This document shows, piece after piece, positions 1 to 8,205 of a DNA stretch of 12,162 nucleotides (position 1 is its first letter; each line of letters opens with the position of its first letter). The notes below the pieces were generated by a model. It was not told the origin of the DNA, searched no databases, and was given only the letters and a program-made list of their open reading frames with translations. The translations under genes and the position numbers were made by a program. Origin of the DNA: an uncultured bacterium (lineage in GTDB: Bacteria; SAR324; NAC60-12); assembly GCA_965662845.1 (NCBI GenBank), contig CBFIJD010000061.1, forward strand, positions 1 through 12,162, given 5' to 3'.

Positions 1-1
1 C

Positions 2-526
2 ATTGAGGACGTGACACAGGCCATCGCTGCGTTTGAAGAGACGTTGGTCACGCCAAACTCACGTTTTGACCGCTGGCTGAAGGGAGACGGCACAGCGATG
101 TCAAGCTTTGAAGTTTCTGGTTACGAGCTTTTCAAGGAAGTGGGTTGTGCCGCATGTCACAACGGTCCGGCTGCGGGGGGGACTTCTTTTCAGCGCATGG
201 GAGTCGTGGAAGCTTATCAAACCGACAACCCGGCTCAAGGGGTCGCTGGGCTGACGGGTAAGGACTTAGACCGCATGAAGTTCAAGGTGCCGACCTTGCG
301 CAACGTAGAGTTGACCTATCCCTACTTCCATGACGGAGCGGTTTGGACCTTAGAAGAGGCCGTGGACATCATGGGACGCTTGCAACTTGGGCGACAGTTC
401 TCTGCCACGGAGAACGCGAAGATCGTAGCATTCTTGAAGACGCTCACCGGTGATCAGCCCAATTTTAAGATGCCTGTCCTGCCTGCATCCACCAACGCAA
501 CCCCGCGACCTACGCCGTTCAACTGA
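2..526 (+). CDS. ccp: Di-heme cytochrome c peroxidase (CcpA/MauG family), C-terminal part; 5' end lies outside the window
   Basis: Frame is open from base 2 (IEDVTQAIAAFEETLVTPNSRFD...). It contains the c-type heme motif CAACH, the family signature FKVPTLRNVELTYPYFHDG, and IMGRLQLG carrying the distal Met of the high-potential heme. Stop TGA at 524-526. Confidence 0.93.
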   Translation: MEDVTQAIAAFEETLVTPNSRFDRWLKGDGTAMSSFEVSGYELFKEVGCAACHNGPAAGGTSFQRMGVVEAYQTDNPAQGVAGLTGKDLDRMKFKVPTLRNVELTYPYFHDGAVWTLEEAVDIMGRLQLGRQFSATENAKIVAFLKTLTGDQPNFKMPVLPASTNATPRPTPFN

Positions 527-536
527 TCCTGCTCTC

Positions 537-555
537 GCCCTCCTGCTTGGAGGGC
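537..555 (+). terminator. GC-rich hairpin just after ccp (possible terminator or mRNA 3' stabiliser)
   Basis: GCCCTCC-TGCTT-GGAGGGC, a 7-bp perfect stem 10 nt after the stop. No U-tract follows, so intrinsic termination is uncertain. Confidence 0.35.
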
Positions 556-829
556 ACACTGGCCTCTCCTCTGCTCGTTAGCAAACTCCTCTCGCATTGC
601 CTCCCTCACTGAAACACCTGAACCAGCTGCGCGTCACGAACTTGGGCTGATTTGCTGCGCGATCACGGCGCTGTGTGTCAGCGGCTCCCCGCGAAACAGG
701 CGGGCGCACAGACGCGTTGTTTCAAAAGGGAAGCAGAACTTGAACACGGAGTTGAGAGCGAGGGAGCGTAGTCATCGAGGGAGAACAAGCGGGACTTCGG
801 GCCGAGACCGACCTACTTTGCGCGAGCGC

Positions 830-1030
830 TTAGCCTTCCGTGCCGCGATAGAGTTTCCAAACGCGTTCAGCCCACTCCTCGCCGTAGCCCATGCGTTTGG
901 CTTCCATGACAAGCTCTTGGCGGTTCCCGATGATGATGATTTTAACGAGGAGATTGATGTCCACTTGTTTGGCAGCCGAGGGAGGCCCACTCTGGAAGAG
1001 CCTTTTGAACAGTGCAGCGGGTGAGGGCAT
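830..1030 (-). CDS. Small hypothetical protein (66 aa from ATG 1030; alternative start 1054)
   Basis: MPSPAALFKRLFQSGPPSAAKQVDINLLVKIIIIGNRQELVMEAKRMGYGEEWAERVWKLYRGTEG has protein-like composition with amphipathic helices and is the most plausible ORF in an 800-bp gap. No clear RBS. Confidence 0.45.
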   Translation of the reverse strand: MPSPAALFKRLFQSGPPSAAKQVDINLLVKIIIIGNRQELVMEAKRMGYGEEWAERVWKLYRGTEG

Positions 1031-1242
1031 GAACAACTCGATAGGTTGGAGCAACAGCGGTGAAGAGAGGCCTGATCATAGGGGCTTGTTGGAAAATTAC
1101 TAGCGAAATGCGCACCAAGAGCGAGCGTGCTTTTTAGAGGAGTCGTCAGCGGTGAATGGGTCAAACTTGCGGAGACATCAGAGAGAGGCACCTTCGTGGG
1201 GTAGACGATGAGAGGCACCCCTCCCCCCATCGTCTGGAGCAT

Positions 1243-1331
1243 GTCATTAACAATTTTCTAACAACATGCTAATACAAACTAAATATTCCACAAATTGCAG
1301 AATTGCAACTCTTTTTTGTTCTGCGTAATTT
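1243..1331. promoter_or_regulatory. AT-rich promoter/regulatory region upstream of the kinase operon (possibly divergent)
   Basis: Sharp AT-rich stretch directly before ATG 1332. It contains the inverted repeat TTGCA-GAAT-TGCAA at 1295-1308. Confidence 0.5.
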
Positions 1332-4034
1332 ATGACTCTCTATGACTCCCCCACATCCAAGCAGCGCAGCGTGACTTCACAAGCTTCCACCCTAGTTGAC
1401 CAAGCGAATCTCTTGCATCAGACCCTGCTGCAAGTGCGAGACGCAGTCGTCATGATCGACGAGCGGAATACGATCATCTTTTTCAATCCCGCTGCCGCTG
1501 AACTGTGGGGATATCAGCCCGAAGAAGTCTTAGGGCAAAACCTGAACCTGCTGGTCCCGCGCGAACACCGACCACATCACGAGGCGTACGTGGCGCGAAA
1601 CCGCAACACCGGAGAAGACCGAATTGTGGGGCAAGCGCGTGAAGTGAGCCTAGAACGCAAAGATGGGCAACGCCGCCAAGTCACGCTCTCCCTCTCTAAA
1701 ATTTATGTGGATGAGCAAATTTTCTACACCGCGTTTGTTCGCGACGTCACACAACAAAAAAAGTTAGAGGAAGAGAACGCTTGGTTTCGCTTAGCCGCCG
1801 ACCACGGAGAGTTTGTGCCGTGGCGCTGCAATCTCATCACGCGCATGGTGGACATCATCACGACCCACCCAAGCACTGGAGAAATGCAGCATGAACATCA
1901 CCGCCGAGAAGTCCCAGTTGCCGAGGTCTTTGAGGGGCTAGGCGAGTTCCTGCACCCCGATGACCGTGAGCGGGTCTTGCATTCCTTAGCCGACTTGCTC
2001 GACAGTCCACGAGACTTCCAAATGCAGTACCGCCTGTTCAATCGCGATCGCAGCGAGTGGCATCATTACGAAATGCGGGTGCGCTATGGCTGGATGCGCG
2101 ACACTCCCTTCTTGTTCGGAGTGCGCTTCAACGTCACGCAAGCCAAAATGCAAGAGCAAATGCTGCGGCAGACCCAACTGCGCGCACAGAAGATGAGCGA
2201 AATGGCGCAGATCGGTTATTGGGTCAGCTATCACAACAAGCGCGGCCCGTCGGTGATTTCCACGGAAATGCGCCAGCTGTGGGAGTTCGACCCCCAAGAG
2301 ATGCCGTCGTTTCACACCTTGCTCTACACCCGTGTGCACCCAGACGACCGCCCCTCCATGTTGCGCGTCGCAGTCCAACTGCGGAAATCCAACCAAGAGA
2401 TGATCTATCACAGCGGTGTGTATCGTCTCATGCGCCAAGACGGCTCCATTCGTCACTTGCGCTATCGACTGACCTGCAACTTGCCTCCAGACATCGCGCT
2501 GTTTGCCGTAGAGCAAGACATCACGGAACAAGTGCAACGCGAGCAACAGCTGGAAGAAGCGCGGCGAGAGGCGATCTTGTCACAGCAGCTCAAGAGCGAA
2601 TTCTTGGCCAACATCAGCCACGAACTCCGCACGCCGCTCCACGCGATCTTAGGCTTCAGTGAGCTGCTCTTGGCCGAAGAAATTCAACCCAACCAGCGAC
2701 GCTACTTGAAAAATGTCCAGTCAGCCGGGGATATGCTCTTGCGACTGATCAACGACCTCTTAGACCTCGCGAAGCTCGAAGCTGGGAAAATGGAACTCCG
2801 ACTCGAAGCCGTCTCCTTAAAGAAGCTCGGTGTGGACTTGAGAGGGCTCTTCGAGACCAAAGCCCAAGAGAAGCGGTTAGACTGGAATGTGGAGGTGCAA
2901 GGCCCCGAACAAATGTTGCTGGATCGCGTTCGCTTGCTGCAGGTGCTGCTGAACCTGGTCAACAACGCCTTCAAGTTTACGGAGCAGGGATTTGTGTACG
3001 TGAGAATGGAGAGCCAAGCCTTGAGTGACCGAGAAGCGCGCCTGCGGATTGAGGTGCAAGACTCCGGAATCGGCATCCCCGTCGGAGAGCAAGCGCGCAT
3101 CTTCGGCAGCTTTGAACAAACACAGGGGCTCAATCATGCCCAATACGGCGGGACGGGTCTGGGGCTCGCCATCAGCCAAATGCTCGTCAAAGAGATGGGA
3201 GGGAGCGTCGAGTTGACCAGCCTGCCGGATCAAGGCAGCACCTTTAGCCTGACGCTGCCCCACGTCTCGTTTTTGGGAGACGAGCAAGCGCTGCCGCAAT
3301 TGACAGACGTCCCTTGGCAACAGGTGACCTTTCAGCAAGGAAAGGTGCTCCTTGCGGTCGGCGAAGACATCACGCGCAATTTACTGATGGAAGAGCTTGT
3401 GCTGCAAGAGAATCTCGAGGTTCATGAAATTTGTGATGGCGCCGAGGTGGTGCCTCATTTGATCGATTGGCCGCCCGACGTGATCTTGCTCGACGCGCAG
3501 CTGCCGAACCTCGCTGGAGTCGAGCTTGCGAAACACTTGCAAGACGCCTCTGTCGGACGAGACATCCCGCTGGTCTACGTTGGCGAACGACTCACGCCCA
3601 CTGAGGCACAAACCTTCCACAAGATGTTGCCCAAACCGATTCGATATCGAGATTTGATTGAGGTGCTACAGGCGTTTTTGCCTTTTGCTGTCCAACAAAA
3701 GGAGGTTGACCCCGTCAACCCTGAAACGCTCCCCGTGCTGGACGCCGAGCAGCGCACTGCGCTGTTTCAGCAGCTCGATCAATTGATGCAACCTGTGCAA
3801 AAGCGAGATTATCACCTTTCCACTCGAGAACTGTCGGAATTGACACGTTCATTGCAGCAACTTGCCGAGAGTTTTCCAGAAATCTGGTTTTTGGAGTGGA
3901 GCTCTGCGTTGCGTCACAAGCAAGAAGCCTTTCTGCTCGTTGACCTTCGCCAGCTCCTACAGCAATATCCTGCGCTCTGTCGTCAACATTTTCCTGAGTT
4001 GTGTCCCACTCCAACCGGCTCCTCCGCTGAGTAA
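1332..4034 (+). CDS. Hybrid sensor histidine kinase: heme-PAS (DosP/FixL-like) + 2 PAS/PAC + HisKA + HATPase_c + degenerate REC + C-terminal helical domain
   Basis: PAS1 FFNPAAAELWGY...RPHHEAY; PAS2 and PAS3 with HPDD motifs; H-box EFLANISHELRTPL (His430); N-box QVLLNLVNNAFKFT; G1 DSGIGI; G2 GGTGLGLAI; receiver-like PPDVILLDAQLP...LPKP. Confidence 0.95.
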   Translation: MTLYDSPTSKQRSVTSQASTLVDQANLLHQTLLQVRDAVVMIDERNTIIFFNPAAAELWGYQPEEVLGQNLNLLVPREHRPHHEAYVARNRNTGEDRIVGQAREVSLERKDGQRRQVTLSLSKIYVDEQIFYTAFVRDVTQQKKLEEENAWFRLAADHGEFVPWRCNLITRMVDIITTHPSTGEMQHEHHRREVPVAEVFEGLGEFLHPDDRERVLHSLADLLDSPRDFQMQYRLFNRDRSEWHHYEMRVRYGWMRDTPFLFGVRFNVTQAKMQEQMLRQTQLRAQKMSEMAQIGYWVSYHNKRGPSVISTEMRQLWEFDPQEMPSFHTLLYTRVHPDDRPSMLRVAVQLRKSNQEMIYHSGVYRLMRQDGSIRHLRYRLTCNLPPDIALFAVEQDITEQVQREQQLEEARREAILSQQLKSEFLANISHELRTPLHAILGFSELLLAEEIQPNQRRYLKNVQSAGDMLLRLINDLLDLAKLEAGKMELRLEAVSLKKLGVDLRGLFETKAQEKRLDWNVEVQGPEQMLLDRVRLLQVLLNLVNNAFKFTEQGFVYVRMESQALSDREARLRIEVQDSGIGIPVGEQARIFGSFEQTQGLNHAQYGGTGLGLAISQMLVKEMGGSVELTSLPDQGSTFSLTLPHVSFLGDEQALPQLTDVPWQQVTFQQGKVLLAVGEDITRNLLMEELVLQENLEVHEICDGAEVVPHLIDWPPDVILLDAQLPNLAGVELAKHLQDASVGRDIPLVYVGERLTPTEAQTFHKMLPKPIRYRDLIEVLQAFLPFAVQQKEVDPVNPETLPVLDAEQRTALFQQLDQLMQPVQKRDYHLSTRELSELTRSLQQLAESFPEIWFLEWSSALRHKQEAFLLVDLRQLLQQYPALCRQHFPELCPTPTGSSAE

Positions 4035-4042
4035 AAACGCTA

Positions 4043-5557
4043 ATGAACAACAGCCGAATCTTGGTGGTCGATGACTCCCAAACCAATCTTCAACTTGTGA
4101 TGCAGCTGCTGCACGCTGAGGGATATGACCTCGCGGCTGCTGTGAACGGAGAGCAAGGGCTACAGATCGCGCAATCCATGCTGCCCGATTTGATCTTATT
4201 GGATGTGATGATGCCCGATTTGGACGGTTTCACAGTGTGCCAACGCCTCAAAGCCATGCCGCAACTCAAAGATGTCCCGGTCATCTTTTTGACCGCGCGT
4301 ACAGACCAGCAGTCCACCATTGAGGGACTCCAGATGGGCGCCGTCGACTATGTGCACAAACCCTTCAGCTCCCAAGAACTCTTAGCCCGAGTGCGAACGC
4401 ACTTAGAGCTGTTTCATGCGCGCAACACCATCGCCCAGCAACAGCAAGCCCTGCAAGAGCAGTTTGGTTGGTTCCGTCAAAGCCTGCGGGCCGGTGGTTT
4501 CACCGCTTTGCGTGTTCACAACGACGAAGCATGGATTGAGCTGCAAGGTCCAAGCGACGAAAGCCCCCAGCGCTACTCGGTAGAAGCGTTTTTGACGGCG
4601 CGTCAAGCAGACACCCACCCAGAAGACTGGACGCACCTGGCGCATTTGCTGCGAGAACAAAGGGCTGGATCGGTGCTCTTGCGCAGGCTGCAAAACGACC
4701 AGACCGAGTGGGAAGAGCTGCGCTTGCTCCCTACAGAAAATGCGGATGTGTTGGCCGGCGGAATCGTCGGAGTAGATGACTTCATCCAGCGCTCTGTGGA
4801 GCTTCAGGCAGAGCTAGAAGACGCCCTGCAACGTCAGGAAAATGCCGAGAGCTTGGCCGAACAGTCCGCGCGGTTGGCTTCTTTGGGAGAGGTCGCCGCT
4901 AGCATTGCGCACGAGTTGAAGTCTCCCCTCGCGGCGATGCACCTCAAAACGCAGATGCTCCAGCAGCTATTGCAGACACAAGGCATCTCTGAGGACAGCC
5001 CGATGGGCCGCAAACTCAGAGATATGTTGGTGATCAACGACCGCGCGGGAAAGCTCCTGCAACAAATCCGTGACTTTGCCCGAGACGACAACGCCGGCAC
5101 GTTGCGGCCCTGCTCTTTGCAAGAAGTTTTAGATGGCGTGCACTTGCTAGTGAGCCACTCTTTGATGCAATCCAACATCAACTTGCAGCTCGACCTCGCC
5201 CCAGACCTCCCGAAAATTCTCGGCAGAATCGGCCAATTGGAGCAGGTGTTTGTGAACCTGTTCAACAATGCACGCGACGCGATGGAGGGACGCGATATTC
5301 GAGTCCTCACGGTTCACGCCCGAGCCGTTCATGGGCAAGTTGAGATCGAAGTGAGCGACACGGGACACGGCATCCCCCAAGCTGTGCAAGCACGGTTGTT
5401 CGAGAGTTTCTTCACCACCAAGGAGCGAGGCAAAGGCACAGGGCTCGGGCTCTCTTTAGTGCGGCGTTTGATTGACGAGCACAACGGGAAGGTCTCGGTG
5501 CGTAGTACCGAAGGCGTGGGCACCACCTTCATTGTGAGCCTGCCCCAAGCCCCCTGA
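4043..5557 (+). CDS. Response-regulator/sensor kinase hybrid: REC + degenerate PAS-like + HisKA + HATPase_c (NtrB-like kinase core)
   Basis: Canonical receiver ILVVDD...LLDVMMP...FLTA...VHKPF; H-box ASIAHELKSPL; N-box QVFVNLFNNARDAM; DTGHGI; FFTTKERGKGTGLGL. It starts 8 nt after the upstream stop, so the two genes are likely co-transcribed. Confidence 0.95.
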   Translation: MNNSRILVVDDSQTNLQLVMQLLHAEGYDLAAAVNGEQGLQIAQSMLPDLILLDVMMPDLDGFTVCQRLKAMPQLKDVPVIFLTARTDQQSTIEGLQMGAVDYVHKPFSSQELLARVRTHLELFHARNTIAQQQQALQEQFGWFRQSLRAGGFTALRVHNDEAWIELQGPSDESPQRYSVEAFLTARQADTHPEDWTHLAHLLREQRAGSVLLRRLQNDQTEWEELRLLPTENADVLAGGIVGVDDFIQRSVELQAELEDALQRQENAESLAEQSARLASLGEVAASIAHELKSPLAAMHLKTQMLQQLLQTQGISEDSPMGRKLRDMLVINDRAGKLLQQIRDFARDDNAGTLRPCSLQEVLDGVHLLVSHSLMQSNINLQLDLAPDLPKILGRIGQLEQVFVNLFNNARDAMEGRDIRVLTVHARAVHGQVEIEVSDTGHGIPQAVQARLFESFFTTKERGKGTGLGLSLVRRLIDEHNGKVSVRSTEGVGTTFIVSLPQAP

Positions 5558-5632
5558 CTCTCGAAGGGAGAGCCGCTGCCGGTCTGTGACTCTTTGCCCG
5601 CTCAGGCTCTTCCGAAGGCGGAGGGATTTCGC

Positions 5633-6565
5633 TTAGAACCACCACCAGTGCAGCAAACTCCGCGTGCCGACTCCCACCAAACCCCCGATGAGCGCAGGTT
5701 TGATGACACTTTGCACTCTGGGCCCAACGGAGGCATACAGGGCAACCCCAAGCAAGTCCAACGGGTGAATCATCACTCCGGCAATCCGGTTCATCTCAGC
5801 GACCGTCAAGGCGCCCTCTTGCACCAAATTGAGGGTCACGCCCATCATCGCCGTCCCTCCCGCGATGAACTTGGTCGCGATGGGCAGCACCGAGATGCTC
5901 GGGATCTCAATCAGAGAGAGAAGGGGAGAGAGCAGGGCTTCGAGCAGGGCAATGGCCCCAACAGCTTTGAGCGCGTTGACCAGCAGAATGCCGAGCATCA
6001 GCATCGGCACCGAATTTTTGACGATCGCAAGCCCCTCTTGGCCGCCCTGCATCAACAAACTGACGGTCGTGCGGCTGTGAACGTCTTGCGGCAACGCAGA
6101 ATGCGTCAGGTGAGCAGGTTCGCCCTCGTCACGCATCAGCCAGTGATACGTCAGCGCGGCGGCGAGTAGACCTCCGATGACCGACGACAACCACGTGAAG
6201 ACACCGTCTAGGCCGACCGCAATCAAAGGAAACACCGCGTTTGCTTGCGACATAGGCAAAATCATCGCTACCGTCGCCGCCAAGTGACGCCGATGCGTCT
6301 GGTCTCTCTCCATGATAGCCAGCGTCGCAATGGGAGCAGCGAAGCTCACGAGCAAAACCTGCAACGCGGCAAACACCCCTGCGCCCGGCAACCCAAAGGG
6401 CCTGAGCAGCGGCGACACGTGCCGAGCCACACTCCCCAGCCAGCCTTTGCCCTCCAGCCACTTCATGAGCGCGAGCATGACCACCATCACCGGCAACAGA
6501 ATATACAGCGCGAGATTGACCGTGCTCTTGCCCGAATCAAGAATCAACTGAACGAAACTTTCCAT
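5633..6565 (-). CDS. Nucleoside-recognition (Gate) domain membrane protein, SpmA/SpmB-fusion-like putative transporter
   Basis: 310 aa, highly hydrophobic, with two internally similar halves (SGKSTVNLALYILLPVMVVMLALMKWLE..G...SPLLRPFGLP and GGQEGLAIVKNSVPMLMLGILLVNALK..G...SPLLSLIEIP) typical of tandem Gate domains. Confidence 0.75.
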   Translation of the reverse strand: MESFVQLILDSGKSTVNLALYILLPVMVVMLALMKWLEGKGWLGSVARHVSPLLRPFGLPGAGVFAALQVLLVSFAAPIATLAIMERDQTHRRHLAATVAMILPMSQANAVFPLIAVGLDGVFTWLSSVIGGLLAAALTYHWLMRDEGEPAHLTHSALPQDVHSRTTVSLLMQGGQEGLAIVKNSVPMLMLGILLVNALKAVGAIALLEALLSPLLSLIEIPSISVLPIATKFIAGGTAMMGVTLNLVQEGALTVAEMNRIAGVMIHPLDLLGVALYASVGPRVQSVIKPALIGGLVGVGTRSLLHWWWF

Positions 6566-6700
6566 GTGTTGCGGCCAACTGTGCGAGGGTTTAGCATGCC
6601 GTGCTTGCGAGATCGTCGAACGCTATCCAAGTCTGCCTTCAGAGGCCAGTTGGAAGTCTCGCGCCTACAGCTCTGATCCTGTCTCTCAACCAGAACTTGT

Positions 6701-7504
6701 ATGATTTTGCAATCCTCAGCTCTTCTGCTCCTGCGCTGCTTGCCTTGGCGAACCTTCATCGTCATCGGTGCTGTGATGCTAGGAATGAAGGGGGCCATCG
6801 CCGCACAACCGATCACCATCTTCGCCGCGGCGAGCCTCAAAAATGCGCTGGATGACGTGGCGCGCAGATATGAAGCCCGAACCCAACAGCGCGTGGTGAT
6901 CTCTTATGCAGGCTCTTCCGTGCTCGCGCGTCAAATTCAGCAGGGTGCGCCCGCAGATGTCTTTTTGTCAGCCAATCAAATGTGGATGAACGTGTTGGAA
7001 GAAGACGGGCTCCTCAAAGCGCAGACCCGACGCAATTTGCTGGGGAATCGCCTCGTGTTGATTGGCCACGGCGCGCAGGGAACCCAACGTCCGCTGCCTT
7101 CGAGCGCAGCGCTACTCGAGATGTTAGGAGAGGGGCGCCTCGCCATGGCGCTGGTCAACGCGGTCCCCGCTGGGATGTATGGAAAGGCAGCGCTACAGTC
7201 TCTGGGAATGTGGGAGGACGTCGCGGCAAGAGTCGCGCAGACAGACAATGTGCGCGCGGCGTTAGCTCTCGTCGCTGCGGGAGAAGCCCCCCTCGGGATC
7301 GTGTATGCGACCGACGCCATCGCGGACTCTAACGTCCATGTGGTCAGTCAGTTCCCCTCCGATGCTCACCCCCCAATTGTCTATCCTGTGGCTGAGATCT
7401 CGGAGAGTCGGCACCCAGCGGCGTCTGCGTTTCTGGCCTTTTTGTCGTCGCCTCCGGCGCGTGCCGCTTTTGAGCAGCACGGCTTTGCGGTTGTGGGAGA
7501 TTGA
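6701..7504 (+). CDS. modA: Molybdate ABC transporter periplasmic substrate-binding protein
   Basis: Signal peptide ending AIA/AQP; motifs FAAASL, SYAGSSVLARQI.QGAPADVFLSAN, NRLVLI, VPAG.YGK, NVRAAL..V..GEA..GIVY.TDA. The exact start codon is uncertain. Confidence 0.95.
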   Translation: MILQSSALLLLRCLPWRTFIVIGAVMLGMKGAIAAQPITIFAAASLKNALDDVARRYEARTQQRVVISYAGSSVLARQIQQGAPADVFLSANQMWMNVLEEDGLLKAQTRRNLLGNRLVLIGHGAQGTQRPLPSSAALLEMLGEGRLAMALVNAVPAGMYGKAALQSLGMWEDVAARVAQTDNVRAALALVAAGEAPLGIVYATDAIADSNVHVVSQFPSDAHPPIVYPVAEISESRHPAASAFLAFLSSPPARAAFEQHGFAVVGD

Positions 7505-7512
7505 TTCGGCTC

Positions 7513-8205
7513 ATGGAATGGCTGACTCCCGAAGAGTGGCAGGCCGTTGTGCTCTCGCTGCGGATCGCTACCTGGTCAACCCTTTTGAGCCTGCCCTTGG
7601 GGATTTTGGTGGCGTTCGCCCTCGCGCGCTGGGACTTCCCGGGCAAACAGCTGTTGAATGGGATGGTGCACCTTCCCTTAATTCTTCCGCCAGTGGTAAC
7701 AGGCTATCTGCTCTTGCTCACGCTGGGAACACGCGGACCAGTCGGGAGCCTCCTGCGTGACTGGGGGATCATCTTTGCGTTTCGCTGGACGGGAGCCGCC
7801 TTAGCTGCCGGCGTGATGGCCTTCCCGTTGATGGTGCGCGCCATTCGGCTCTCCATCGAAGCCGTAGACTCCCAGCTAGAGCAAGCCAGCGCGACGCTAG
7901 GGGCTTCGCCCACGTGGGTGTTTTTGACCGTGACCCTACCTCTGATTCTCCCTGGCATCATCGCAGGCGGGGTGCTCGCCTTTGCCAAAGCGATGGGAGA
8001 GTTTGGCGCCACCATCACGTTTGTCTCCAACATCCCTGGTCAAACTCAAACTCTGCCCTCTGCGATCTATGCCTTCTTGCAAGTCCCTGGTGGCGAAGCC
8101 TCCGCGTTGCGTTTGGTGCTGGTCTCGATCTTCGTCGCGATGTTCGCCTTGCTGATTTCTGAAGTTGTCGCCAAGCGCGTCGCACAGCGGATTGCTGGAC
8201 GATGA
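7513..8205 (+). CDS. modB: Molybdate ABC transporter permease (alternative start TTG 7501, overlapping the modA stop)
   Basis: LPLILPPVVTGY.LL, EAA-type loop LEQASATLGAS, AFAKAMGEFGATI; lies between modA and modC. Confidence 0.96.
   Translation: MEWLTPEEWQAVVLSLRIATWSTLLSLPLGILVAFALARWDFPGKQLLNGMVHLPLILPPVVTGYLLLLTLGTRGPVGSLLRDWGIIFAFRWTGAALAAGVMAFPLMVRAIRLSIEAVDSQLEQASATLGASPTWVFLTVTLPLILPGIIAGGVLAFAKAMGEFGATITFVSNIPGQTQTLPSAIYAFLQVPGGEASALRLVLVSIFVAMFALLISEVVAKRVAQRIAGR

Noticed and set aside
670..715. Hairpin with GAAA loop and GGGCGCAC, superficially like a c-di-GMP-I riboswitch
   Set aside because: It lacks the GGxAAAC and GCAAA conserved elements and the second stem, and no gene lies directly downstream on that strand.
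740..1242. ORFs 740-1024 (+), 891-1103 (+) and 772-1242 (-)
   Set aside because: Their composition is less protein-like than the overlapping 830-1030 minus ORF, and they have no motifs or RBS.
5558..5632. Short hairpins between the convergent kinase 2 and Gate genes (CTCTC-GAAGG-GAGAG)
   Set aside because: Stems of about 5 bp without U-tracts are too weak to call a terminator.
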